The notes under the pieces are model-generated. The model saw only the letters and a program-made list of their open reading frames with translations, ran no database searches and was not told the DNA's origin. From positions 930,001 through 994,000 of the forward strand of contig JAPETS010000001.1 of assembly GCA_026023565.1 (NCBI GenBank): a stretch of DNA of 64,000 nucleotides. The letters run 5' to 3'. Of this stretch, positions 26,783 through 39,719 are shown piece by piece. Source of the DNA: Cirrosporium novae-zelandiae (taxonomy: Eukaryota). The translations under genes were made by a program, and so were the position numbers. How positions within the stretch are numbered: the stretch's first letter is position 1; every line of letters starts with the position of its first letter.

Positions 26783-27551
26783 AATTATTATAGAACTGTC
26801 GTATTGTTGCTTTTCCTGTTAATTGTAATTACCATTAGGATTAATTTTAAATATAGAGTTTTTTTACGGAATATATAACTGATACCTTTTCCTCTACAAA
26901 TCTACATTCTTTCTACATCACGCTTTTAATCCTCAACATAAATACGTATTTAACGCAAACTGATGACTTGCGCTTACTAAATATTCTTCGTTGAAAAGTA
27001 AATAATTGCAATGCTCTATCCCTAGCACGACAGGGTTTAACAAAATTACCCAGAGTGAAGATCTGAATTTGTGAGTCCTGCTTATTTTGGGACCAGCGCG
27101 GGTAGAAACCACCTACCTCGCTTAGGGACCCACTTCTGCTTATAAACACCCTCCGAACCCATGTCAACCTTTCCACCTACATCCATCTCTAGTTAGTTTA
27201 TTGCAGATTTCCTAGATTCTAATAATTTACACATCCCTACTGCTGCAACAACGATCTGTACTTAGCTGTGGCTGGCATTGTCGTTGAATTAAAGACACGC
27301 GGTTTTGCGGATGATCGACGAAGCTAATAAGCGCGGGCAGGGATTTTATTGAACCAACCGCGCCTCAGCCGCTATAAACCGCTACGCTAACCACTGAGAG
27401 TTCTTACCTTAACCAATCTTTATCAGCCCCATTTATCTCCCCCCCCCTCACTATCCTCATTATGACCTAACCATCGGAACGACTATTTGATGCTTTTACA
27501 ATAATATTTATGAGATAATATTCTTCCGTCAAGACCTCAAGTCGTTTAGGC

Positions 27552-29230
27552 ATGGGGAATAACCCTTCGAAATCGGGCAGTGGAGGGCCTTCACCTGCCC
27601 AAAGCCCATCGGTGCCAAGAAGCGAACGACATCAAAATAGAGATTCCAAACACTTTCATTCCGCAAGCAAGTCATTAGCATCTCAATTTATCCCCTCGCC
27701 ATCTCTAGGGACAGCTCGTTCCCCTTCTCAAAGATCGTCTCATAAGTCGATTCTACATCGCCATTCGCCCTCTGCAGGTGCCGCTGAAAATGCATCGCAT
27801 AAGGTGACAGTTGGTCAGGACAAAGAGCCTCGTAAGTCAAATTTGCATGGCAGCGAAGCTCGCCCTCCTGAATCCATTGCCATTGGGGCCTCCGAGCCTG
27901 TGAATGTTCCGCCGTCTGACCGATCAGCACCGGAGCCTTTGCCGCAATTGGAACCTTCTGGTCCACCATCCGACATTTACTATATTCCACCCTCGCAATT
28001 AAACCGGCCGCCACGTCTACCTTTACCCATTGAAGAAGAAGTTCACACCCCTGGGTCTCCAATAATCACTCCGGCCGACATCGACTCGGCTCTCGAGTAC
28101 GAAGATGTCGAAGGTTTGCTACCACGCAAAACGTCAATGTTAAGCAGCACAACAGTTGATGACGAAGAAGAAATAGGAGATGAGATGCAGTCATACCACT
28201 TGGATGGGTCTCGGAAGACAGTGCCGACGTTAGTCGAATGGAATCAGGGCGGTGAGAAAGTCTATGTCACTGGTACCTTTGCAGATTGGAATAAGAAGTT
28301 CAGGCTGTCCAAGGAGTAAGTAAAATAGTATTAAACATGCTTTGTTTCCACCCGGGCTCCTTCAAGTCTCACGATCTGCAAAACATCCATAAGCGAATGC
28401 AGCTATCCGCACTGCTGGCACCATTCGAATCCATCTTCTTGGTCGTCCCGCATATTATGTCTCGTGCATTTATTTGTCTTGATTGGCAATATTCAACTTT
28501 GACTCAATTTTATTATGCATGCTGATAGAGAATTTTTTTTCGATTAGTCCCAATAAAGATGGCTTGTCTGCAACCCTTCAGCTCCCACCCGGGACTCACC
28601 ACCTCAAATTCATCGTTGATGGCGAAATGCGGACATCAGACGACTTACCTACCGCCGTTGACTTTACCAATATTCTAGTCAACTACATCGAAGTTAACCC
28701 CGACGATGCCAAACCTCCAGCTCGTAAATCTACTACCCAAGTGGTTCCACCAGGTGTCTTCCCACCTCAGGTCTTACCGGAACCGTCTGCTAAAGATCAT
28801 GCCGTCGACTCTACAAAGAATGAAGAAATTAAAGAGGAAGACCAGACGCCGAAGCATTTTGCTACTGGAATACCCCAAGTTTTGTTCGATGCAGAGGAGG
28901 ATGAGGATACTAGTACATATCAAAGCGCCGCCGCTCTGATAAGTGATATGCCTGCAGCGCCCACATTACCGCTGTTTCTGACTAAGCCTGTCTTAAATGG
29001 TACAACCCCGATGAAAGATGATAATAGTGTCCTCAATTATCCCAACCATACGGTCATCAATCACTTAGCCACAAGTAGTATCAAGAATGGTGTGCTGGCT
29101 ACCAGCGCTACCACACGTTATAAACGCAAAGTAAGCGTCATGACTGAATTTCCGTAACCTTGAACCTCTACTTACAAACTTCTAGTATGTGACCACTATA
29201 GTCTACAAACCAACGGATGATAGTGATTAG
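27552..29230 (+). CDS. GAL83: Snf1/AMPK kinase complex beta subunit (Gal83/Sip2 family); 3 exons
   Basis: Myristoylation-type MGNNPSK start, carbohydrate-binding module (KVYVTGTFADW, HHLKFIVDGEM) and ASC domain NHTVINHLATSSIKNGVLATSATTRYKRK|YVTTIVYKP. Intron 1 is 28316-28547. Confidence 0.93.
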
Positions 29231-29449
29231 ACGAGTCTAGACATTTAAAAGGTCGCAAGGGGAAAGCATGAGACCATGATCATGAAACCACATTTCGTTT
29301 CCATGGCAAGGCGTTCATATGGATATACCACGGACCTCTAATGAATAAGGTACGGACCGGAAAATTGATTGCCAGGAAATTAATTTTAAGGATACAAACA
29401 TAAATGGGGTTCTTGCAGATAGTTGGGAAATTTATATAGACTGTTTTGA

Positions 29450-30550
29450 TCATTCTCTCCATTTGACAAGTACATCATCTGTCCTAAATCTTTGTGTACA
29501 TGTTGAGTCCTTTAAAGATGTTTTGAACCCAGTTTTGTATGCCAAAAGCCCGGCATGTGCGATCATAATCCCATTATCGATGCAAAATCTCTCATCAGTG
29601 GCGTAGACATTACCACCTCGGTCCCTTACCATCAATCCCATCATTTCCTGCAACCGCTCATTGCACCCCACACCCCCAACAATAAGGACTTGGTTTGATC
29701 CCACATGTGCCATGGCTCGTTCTGTAATCTCTACCAGCATGGCAAAAACGGTTTCTTGCAATGAAAAACATAAGTCAGCAGCTGTGACGGGAGCACCGGA
29801 AACAGAATCTATTTGACCCAGGTTTGCTTTCATGTTGACAGCGAGTAAGTCTATTGAAGCTAAGATTCCTGAGAAAGAGCAATCCATGCCTTTCACTGCA
29901 TAAGGAATGTCTAGCAAATGCTTTCCTTTCTTGGCAAGCTGTTCAATGTTGTAGCCAGGGGCTGGATCATTAGAAATATTGAGTGTTCGTGCAAATCGAT
30001 CAAGACAGTTTCCCACCGCAATATCGAGCGTTTCCCCAAATATCCTGTACCTCTGTTCGGCATAAGCTATTACTTGGGTGTTTCCACCCGAGACATAGAG
30101 AACGACAGGATTTTGTGCGCCCGTTATTTCTCGGCCCATTTCAATATCTATCTCAAAATTAAAAGGCTGTTCCGTTTAGAACTAGCACTCATACTCACGC
30201 CCAACACAATGATTGACTCCCACAAGCTCCTTTCCCCATAACAGACTCAGCATCCGAGCAGCTACCGCCACACTTTGCAGCGGTGCGCCCATGCCAGGGC
30301 CTTTGGTGTAACAGACGCAGTTTATATCATTTAGGTTCACACCTGCTTCCCTAATGGCGCGCTTGACCAGCCTAACGACCCACGATCGGTGATGTTTTGC
30401 GGTTTCTTTAGGCAAGAAGCCCTGGCCAGGCGGAGCAACAAAAGTGTCTCTGATGTTTGCTAATACTTGAGCTGGACCACCCTTTGGTGGATGAAGAATC
30501 AATCCCACACCAAGTTTATTGGCGGACCCTTCGAGGCCAATTGCGATCAT
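29450..30550 (-). CDS. KAE1: tRNA N6-adenosine threonylcarbamoyltransferase (KEOPS); 2 exons
   Basis: [51 protein letters not shown] and TQRFRTD motifs. Confidence 0.96.
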
Positions 30551-30898
30551 TTCTTTCTGGGGATTTGATAGTAATAGTAATTACTAAAGTAGAGTTTCTC
30601 AAATTATAAGATATTTGTACCGTTCCGGAATAGTTCAATGGCACAGTTTTGGAGGGAGGGGGGGGGGGTGAGGGGCCAAAAGGTAGATTGGGCCAGGCGT
30701 GCTCGGCACGTGCTCGGGTAAGATGTCATTTCATCATTTCACCGGCCATCCTCAGAAAAACTTCCGACTCATGACCAATGATAGTGCACTAAAAATAAGG
30801 GCTACCCACACACATAATCCTCCGCCTAGGTATGACTTTGCCGCGCACATCAATCTTCACCTCGATTTTATCTCCACCCAGCATTAGTTGTTCTTGTG

Positions 30899-32303
30899 AT
30901 GATCATGGCTCTCAAGTGGGAAGAGAACGAAGACTTTGCCTCTACCACATCCGAGTTTATTTCCTGGTTCACCACCGAATGTTCCGCAAAGCTAAGTCCT
31001 AAAGTTCAGCTAGCTGACTTGCGAGCATCAGGAAGAGGAAGAGGAGTTATTGCTACGCATCCCATTTTACAAGGTGAACAAATTCTAGAGATCCCCCGAG
31101 ACGCTGTGCTCTGTGCCGAAAACTCGAAATTATGCACACTCCTTCCGGATGTCTTCGACGGACTCGATCCTTGGCTGTCCTTAACTCTCGTCCTAATCTA
31201 CGAGCTCCTCAACAAGGAGCAATCAAGATGGAAGTCATACATCGACATTCTTCCTATACACCTAGACAATCTTGTGTTTTGGACCGAAGATGAGCTCCAA
31301 GAACTTCAGGGAAGCCATGTTAAACATAGGATTGGCAAGGATGACGCAAATAGCATGTTTATGGACCGCATCGCTCCGATTGTAAGGCAACATCCTTCTA
31401 TTTTCCTTCCCCCCCAACAAAACGCCTTCGAAAATTCTATCGGAAAACAGAACCTGCTTGATCTTTGCCATTGGGCAGGGTCAATCATCTCCTCTTACGC
31501 ATTTGATCTTGAGAAACCTGATAGCAATGGCGACAACGATGAGCAAGGAGAGGAAGAAGATGAAGATGAAGCTGAAGAGGAAGTTCCAAAGGGTATGATA
31601 CCAATGGCTGATATGCTTAACGCTGATGCAGACCGATACAATGTGAGTCAGATCTGTACAGATTTCTTCTGGAAACCTTCTAATGTACCCCTAGGCACGG
31701 CTGTTCGCTAATAAGACATGGACTATGGAAGCGACTCGTGCTATTGAGGTGAACGAAGAAATACTAAACGACTTTGGAGAAATGCCTAGTTCAGAATTGC
31801 TCAGAAAATATGGATATGTGACCGGCAACTATTCTAAATACGATGTTGTTGAGTTCGCTTTTGAAGAGCACGTCAAGAGAGCGCTCGAAGGTGCTATTGA
31901 TCTTGCTCCTGAGAAAAAGGCGTCCAGAATATCATTTTTAAAGAAACATGATATTTTAGATGAAGTATACCTCCTGGAGAACAACCCCGACGGAAATCCC
32001 AAGTTTGAAGATCGACTATTGTATACTATCTTCACACTTGTCGTTTCTGATGGCGCTTTCCAGAGACTGCAGTCTGGAAAAAAAATTCCTAAGGTCGATA
32101 ATGATGCTTCTGTTCTCGATATCCTGATGAAGCTAATTCGAATCCGAATGGATGACTATGCTACTTCAATCGAAGAAGATAACCAACTTTTAAGGGGTAT
32201 CCTAGATAAAAGCCACTTGCGATTCGCCATTATGGTGAGGCTAGGGGAGAAGATACTAATGGCTAATGCATTTGAAAGCTTGCAAACTCAACGTCAATCA
32301 TGA
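30899..32303 (+). CDS. SET-domain N-lysine methyltransferase (SETD6/Rkm4-like) with Rubisco-LSMT substrate-binding domain; 2 exons
   Basis: GRGRGVIAT, SRWKSYIDILP, GSIISSYAFD, MIPMADMLNAD, ELLRKYGYV and VRLGEKIL motifs. Start is 30899 or 30905. Confidence 0.88.
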
Positions 32304-32727
32304 GAGGAAAACCCGACGATAGAGAAGCGGTCGGGTAGTCATACGAAGAGGACTGCATTAGATCCTACTAGTATCCAAGGAAAAGCTAAAAGGAGAAAAT
32401 AGACAAGAGATAAGTTGGTACTGTGATTGTTTAGTAGTGATTCTCTATGCTAAGCATTTGCTAATTGTATTGCTAGTTTACAGGCTACACACGTTGATGC
32501 GCTATCAGAGAGGTTCACGTTCAACATGAGTCTCCCCAAGTCCAAACCATCCGGCTCGTCCTTTAACTCTCGCCATAATTGAACGACCCATGCTAGTCGG
32601 TTCCCTCTGATTTGCCAATAAGCCAGTCACACAAAATACTCTGAACCAATTCCGAAGTTAATAGCATGGATACTCCGGCGTGGTGGAATGTTGAAAAACA
32701 AAAACAAGCACTGGGTATCATATTATT

Positions 32728-34656
32728 TTATGGAGCAGCTATCTGCTGCGCGTTCGCAGCGGCCGCTGCTCGCCTTGCGGCCGCTGCCTGTTGAGCCATT
32801 TCACGGTCTCTAGTACTACCCCAAAATGATGCCCGATATTTCATACGGCGAGCATCCCAAGGGTCAACTCTATATATGAGCTCGTCATCATCATCTTGAT
32901 CAAACTTGAAGCGATCTAACTCGGCTTGACTAACACCGTCATGAGATTGCAGATGCATTCCACGACGATCAATCATTATGCGACCACCCCTCCCCATCCT
33001 TCTTCGATATGACGCATGGCTTCTTCGGGGTTCCTCATATGTTGGGGAGGCATACCGGACAGCAACAGATGAATTTCTGTCGGGATCGGGTGAAGGAGGC
33101 TTAGGTTCGTCATGTTCTGCTTCACCATCATCCTGGGAAGAGGTTGATGCAGGGGGCGTGGGCAGGTTATACGCCGTTATAGCAGCCCTAAACTGAGCAC
33201 CGATATTCTGTATACTTTGTTCTGATTTTGGAGTAAGTGGAGCCCGGGTTGCATCTATCCACCCCTCGTTCCATTGTTTATGCTTCAAGCATTTCATTTC
33301 GATCTCACGCTTAATTTCGATCTCCCTTTCAATCAGAAGGTCTTCATAAGCATAGAGATCAGCGTCAGGTAGCTTGCCATCCGATCGTTGAAAGATACGT
33401 TGCGCAGAAGGCCTTTGCAGGGGCGGTACCTCCAGAGGCTTTCTCTTTGTCTAAGAGACTGGTCAGCACTTGCTTCTTGCTGGTCGTCCTTATAATTTCT
33501 TCGCACCTTTTGGTTGATAAGATCATCGTCATCTCCTTTGATGCCGAGTTTCCTCTTTATTGTTTTGACACCAGCCCTCTGCTCAAAGATTTGTCTGTCT
33601 ACAGCGAGTATATCTTTGTGATACAGCTCTCGTTGTTTCACCAAAGCGATAAGCTGTCGGGCGTCTTCTAACTCCTTTCTCAATTTCTTGAGTTTTTCAG
33701 CACTTTGAGCATCTCTACCCCGGGTTCTCCTTGCCGCCCTTGGTTTCGGCCGCCGGAAACATGTATATGCATCTTGTTCGTCCTCGGGGGATATCTTCTC
33801 ATCGTCCAACTAAATATCGTCAGAAGGGACACCAAAGCAAGTTCAGGGAAGAAAGCACAAACCCTTGGGACCTTTATCACCGGTTGCAGGCGACAGTTTC
33901 TTGACTCTAATCTCTGCTTTCGCCAGTGCTCATAGACCTCTGAGGCAAACGGCCTTGATATCTCGCTAATTGTCTCGTCGAATAAGCTTTCAAACTCTTC
34001 GAACTTCAATACTGGTGCACCATCTAATTTGGCAAAGGGTTGTTTCTCTTCAGTGGTTTCTTCGAAGAAGCTCATAACCTCCTCGAATTGGTCTTCCGTA
34101 CATTGTGTAGAAGCATTACGCTTTTGGTTCATTGATTTTAAGAAGACTTCATCTTCATCGGTCATATTATATGGACAGCCTATGCAATCCTCTAAAGTGG
34201 AAGAGAACCGGATATAGGTCGCCGGTTGCGAGAATGTGGGAGGATACAGTTCATCATATTTAATTTTTGATGCTACTGCATCTGGGGTTGGAATATATTC
34301 ATGAGCGACATTTGCACCATGGACAGCAGCCTGTGAAGCACGTATGACCTTTTGCAAGTGAATTTCCTATTCGTTGGATTAGCGTTGATCATGGCCAAAC
34401 TACAATACCAACAGGAAAGTGTTGTGGCAATAAAGGTCGCTACAACGGGAACAAGTCACGTGAAAGTGACGTATCCTATATATAGATGACTCACCTTATC
34501 CTCTTCTGGGTCAACACCAGTCTCAACTTTTTGCAAGTTTTTCTGGGCCTCATCATCGGTCTCATCAATTTCGCTCTCTCTGACGATTCGGAGGAGCTGT
34601 TTTGTAGACAATTTTCGTTGTCGAGCTCTCGCTCCGATGGCGGTGGACCGTGTCAT
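32728..34656 (-). CDS. EPL1: Enhancer of polycomb-like protein (NuA4 subunit); 4 exons
   Basis: RQRKLSTKQ, ETGV..EE..E.HLQ, YIPTPDA, FSQPATYIRFSSTLEDCIG, YTCFRR and YRRRMGRGGRIMIDRR motifs. Confidence 0.93.
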
Positions 34657-35117
34657 TAGTAAAGTAGGATTAGTAGAAAAACTTGTATGTGAACCCCCAA
34701 CAAAATGGGTATCAATCGAAAGAGAGTAGCATGCGACTTTGATTTTCCTACTTTCTAGGAGTTGTTGATGTTGTTGCGTTGAGTGATATCGCAAAACGTA
34801 GTCAGCTATGAAAATATGAGGTTGCCGTCGCCTTGCGCAACTTTGCATTACTGTGTCCTGTTCCGACTGAATGAACCTCCCTTTCACACGAGCTTAACTA
34901 AATCCGGTATGGCGTCATAGCCTCAGGCATGAAAGTTACTTATTCCAATATCAAACTTATTCCCCATCAGTACATCCAAGGCGAGACCAGAACTCTCTAT
35001 ACCCCGCAGCCTAACAGCAACTACAACAAACCTAATCCTAAAATTCAACCCTCAAATTGCCTGTACACTGTCTATGATATAGAAGGTACCTGACCGATCA
35101 CATCTCTTCTGTCAAAC

Positions 35118-36255
35118 ATGGATGAGAAAATGCCAATCTCACCGGCAGAGCCAAATCAAGCCGCAATGAGCAGATCTAGAACAGGTAGCATTGGTGCTAA
35201 TGCTATGCTCAACAATGTGATGCAAAACACCAACTGTGAGGCTAAGATGATCAATCTACCTGCTTGCGAGTATAGCTGACATGACTATTGGTTGATAGTC
35301 GATAAAGATGAAGTTGACAGACTACGAAAACGATTTATGAAGCTAGACAAGGTTCGTCTACTATCCAATCCATCCGACCATAAATACTGTGCAGCACCGC
35401 TTACTTCGACTAGGACAGTTCTGGCACTATTGAACGTGATGAATTCCTTTCGCTCCCTCAAGTCTCCTCCAATCCTCTGGCCACTCGGTATGCCAACTCA
35501 CCGCCGCGGCTAATCGTGCTGTCACACTACCGCTAATACTTTAAACACATTAGAATGATTGCAATCTTCGACGAGGATGGTGGCGGAGATGTTGATTTCC
35601 AAGAATTTGTCAATGGTCTCTCGGCGTTTAGCTCCAAAGGTAACAAAGAAGAGAAATTGAAGTTTGCGTTCAAAGTATACGACATTGATCGGGATGGGTT
35701 CATTAGCAACGGTGAGCTATTCATTGTGCTTAAGATGATGGTCGGGAGCAATTTAAAGGATATGCAACTACAACAGGTACGTCTGCTACCTGCAATACCC
35801 CTCTAAACTAGAGGCGATGAGTTTGTGGACTGTCACTTGGATCAAAATCACCGTAGGAAGTTCCTAGTAGTGAAATATCCCAACGACTCCGTGCTATATG
35901 CGAAGTTTGTTCTGATGGGAATGACGATCCAAGTGACGATGAATATTATGGCTACTCTATTCTGTAAGAAAGGATTTCTAACCACGTGAGAATTCCGAGC
36001 ACACAGATCGTGGACAAGACAATTATGGAAGCGGATCAAGACCACGATGGGAAGATTAGCTTCGAGGAATTTACAAAAATGGTTGAAAACACTGATGTCA
36101 GCATGAGCATGACGCTAGGTATGTTTTTATTTTTCGTCAAATTCACACGTTCCTCTACATGAACGGCGGTTCCACTAGCCACCACCGGACATGTTCGTGT
36201 TTATATAATTCCCCTGCGAGATACTAACATTAATATGAATTTAGACCAATTTTGA
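35118..36255 (+). CDS. CNB1: Calcineurin regulatory subunit B; 6 exons
   Basis: [26 protein letters not shown] and four EF hands ([38 protein letters not shown] among them); ends SMTL|DQF-TGA at 36253-36255. Confidence 0.96.
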
Positions 36256-37832
36256 TCCAGCTCGAATTCCGTCAGTCCGGAAACCGATGTCATCTATTTG
36301 ATTCTTAGATATGCACGACGGCAGGAACTAGGGTCAGGCGAAAGAAGTAAGGCAGGTTCATTAATGTTATGGTCGGTCATTAAGAAGAAATTCGAGTTAT
36401 TTCCACTGCATGTCTCTTACCCATGTTAAAGCCGAGGGTGGCTCTTCCGGCAAAGTCTCAATGGATGGATGCATAGCGTCTGATCCACGCCGCTTGTCTA
36501 TTACCCGATTAACGAAGTCATGATTCTTTTTTTTTCTACGGCTCCACCAAAGCTGGCAATGTATTTATGATACCTAAGCTAAAGACATGAAATGTTGGTT
36601 GGACGAGCGTTTGGCCCCATTGCGACGACTGCCATGTCAATTATACGGCGCCGACGTACTCGTACTCGGGCAAGAAAAAGTAATCAAGGCCAAGTAAAGT
36701 AAGTTTTTGGGTAACGGTTATATTCTATTTTCAGGTGGTAAATCGATATTTAACACAAAACCGCCACCTTGGATGGGGGACCAAGGCACGGGGGCAGGGC
36801 CTTCAGCCTCAAACAGGCGAAAAAGGACAACCAAGATTGGATGAGCGGTGGATGGGGGATGGGGCAGGCAAGACACCAAGGCTGCAAACCTTTTTCAGCC
36901 ACGGCAAGACCGGTAGGCACCAGCCTACCCATTAGTTTACCGTACATGTTGGACAAGGAGGCAATAAAACGAGGGAGGAAAAAGAGCGAAATCCGCTCCG
37001 TCGGATTTCCCTTCCATTCCGACTGGTTGGGTCGGCCGTCAAAATTCCAAATGTTACGCAGCATTCCGGGGGAGTGGTAATGGAGGGGGGGGAGGGGGTG
37101 TGTTCGATTTTTGGAGCCATTTATTTGCACTTCCTCTCTCCAAAAAACCGGATTAATGAAGAGGAGTGAAGGAAACCTTTCCATTCACACAAACAATTCA
37201 AAACCAAGAAGAAAAAATCCTTCTCGTGCTTCTTCTGGGTCAATGGTGTACATTACTTTACTTGGTGTATGTGCACTTCTTCTTTGGTAAACAACTATGA
37301 TTGTTTTTTTTTAGGCCTCCTTGCGCTCTTTGCTTGCTTGCTACCCAATTGTCCACCAGAGAGAAGAAATAATTAACCCCAATCCATGACCTTTACTTTA
37401 CCTTATGTATCTACTTATATTATAGCACCCTACCCTTGGCCCCCCTTGGCCCCTTGGGATTGCGGTAAAGCCGATCTCTCGGGCTCCGTCATCAACAACA
37501 TCGATCGCGGAGTAGAGATGTGATCCAGATTCGAGGCGCGCGTCCGTCCGTATATAGCCACTTTATGGCGTAATCCCATTTCAAATTTTTATTTTATTTT
37601 ATTGCTGCTGTGTTCAGTATTGAAAAAAAGGAGTTTTTTTTTTTTGGTTTTTTTGCCTTCTATTCTTTTTAAACCCTTGGAGGGGTGGATTGTATATTGT
37701 GAATCACCACGTAGCATAAATATATACATACATCCATAATATACAATGATAAACGAGATCTGCCTTCAAAAGACGCTAATTATTTTGAAAGAAAGGAAAG
37801 TTTAGAGTAAAACAAAATAGCAAGCAACGCAG

Positions 37833-37837
37833 ATCTC

Positions 37838-37868
<31 letters not shown>

Positions 37869-37878
37869 CTTTCTCTCT
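37833..37878. repeat. (CT)n-rich microsatellite
   Basis: tctctctc...ttctctctct read directly. Confidence 0.85.
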
Positions 37879-39719
37879 AAGTACCTTCTTTACCTACTTT
37901 ATCGTATGTGTATGTGCAGCGCAAGGCGCCTGACAAAAACTAAAAACTTGTAACGTTACGCCTCACCTTTTTTTTTCTTTTGCCTTTTGCCTTTTCGTCG
38001 CGCGTTATGTGTGCGCGGGGGCGGGGGTGGGAAGGGGGGGTGTTAAATGAAGCAAGGCAAGCAAGCAAGCAGGGGCTCTAAATTATTCTCTCTGATCTGA
38101 AATCTTGAAATCTCAATCTCTCCGAGTTACGATCATCACGATTATCTTTGTCTTGTCTCGGGCTCAATTCCGGGCACACCAAAGCCGGTTCGGTACCTGA
38201 GCTGTCAATCTTTTTTTTTTTTAAATTGTCTTAGACAATGGAAGGAGCAAGGGTTGTTGGTCGAGCGAACCAATCGAGTTTACTTACCATCTTATGTGTA
38301 TTGCGGCAAAATGTACTGTTGCATATATGTGAGGCTGGGCTCAGCCCGATTGGGTGTACAGTAGGGGGGTCCATATGACTGCATAGTCTATCTAAAATGA
38401 TCTTCATTATTCAACCTAGGTAGGGGGTTCAAGCACATTACATTAAAAAAAAAATGAGGCGACCCCCAGCTTTGAGCTTTGATAATTGATTGTTACTTTT
38501 TTCCTTCCGGATAATCGATATTCATCAAGTTTTTCCTCCATCTGTGCTTTTTTTTCATTATTAGGCTCCAATGAGAAGAAGAAAAGAGGGCTAAAAAAGT
38601 AAATGTAGACATTTTGACTTGAGGATTGATTTGCCGTTATGAAGCACAAAACCAGGGGGACATAACAAATACAATATTGACTATGACCTCTTTGTTTTCA
38701 TTTCAAGTTATATGCAATTCTCGAACTAAGATATTCATTTAATTCCTGCATCTGCATCAAGTAGGAAGCGCAAAAGATAGAGTAGACCCGACCCATTTGT
38801 GGCGCGAACCAGCCAGCGCCGTCACCTTGTCTGTCTTCCCCCCCCCTTGCTGCTTCCTACTGAACGTATAGAGAATCTCATTCCTGCTCCGAGTCGGTGT
38901 GTGCTTCCCACTTCTCCACCTATCACTCCGCCCATCGTTCCCTCGTACAAAGTCCACATCAACAGTCCCTCATTCGGCACCCAACAAAAAGCCACCATAA
39001 AGCACAATCACTCGAGCATCATAGGTTCCACCTGAACTCCCCTCCAAACTCTTTCGCCGGCACACCAAACTCAGCCTCATTCACACAACACCCTTTCACG
39101 CGCTTTCCTGCGCGTAAAGTAGACCCGACTCTCATATCATATGCATGCATCAATCCGATAGTAAAAAAAGAAACAGTTCACCAAAATAATCCTCCGAGGG
39201 GTATCATCCGTATTTCCCACCAGACCTCAAGCGGAAAGTTTTTTTCACAAAAAAAGCAAGCCTTGAACACCCGATTAATTCGTTCCTTTCTCCAGCCCCA
39301 GCCAATAACCAGTAGTAGTGTGACTGTTGTCCCCGCGCGATGAATCTATTCTCTAGAGTACAAGATATACATGTGGATAAGAGGAAGAGAAACCGGTGTT
39401 ACCTGGAATATGGATGTTTGATGTCTGGGTGTTGGCGGCTCAAAAGGATTGCGGGATGAAAAAAAAAAAAAAAAAAATAGCAGTACAGTAGTAACATAAC
39501 GTGCAAAAGTAATGAGATCCGTCTATTCGAGGCCATTCCGATAATATCTTGTCCGTTGGTCCTGGCTGTAGTTCGAGTGTGGTACTCATGTGAAAATATA
39601 CCATGTCTCGTAAAAGAAAAGCAAAAACGAAAGTCGAAACGTAAGGGAGGGTCGTGAAATCATTATGATAGTCTCAATAGAGAGGGAGAAAGGAAGCGCA
39701 GTACTCGGTGATGTGGTTA

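Noticed and set aside
35814..35915. Box C/D snoRNA or hammerhead ribozyme in CNB1 intron 4
   Set aside because: Box C is degenerate (GCGATGA) with no recognisable rRNA guide; CTGATGG does not fit the hammerhead core and the stems are missing.
35964..36006. Internal GTAAGA donor making a cassette exon in CNB1
   Set aside because: Only about 17 nt from donor to branch point, probably too short to splice.
36750..37184. 144-aa and 103-aa overlapping ORFs
   Set aside because: Atypical composition, no domain, and overlapping frames in a GC-rich patch.
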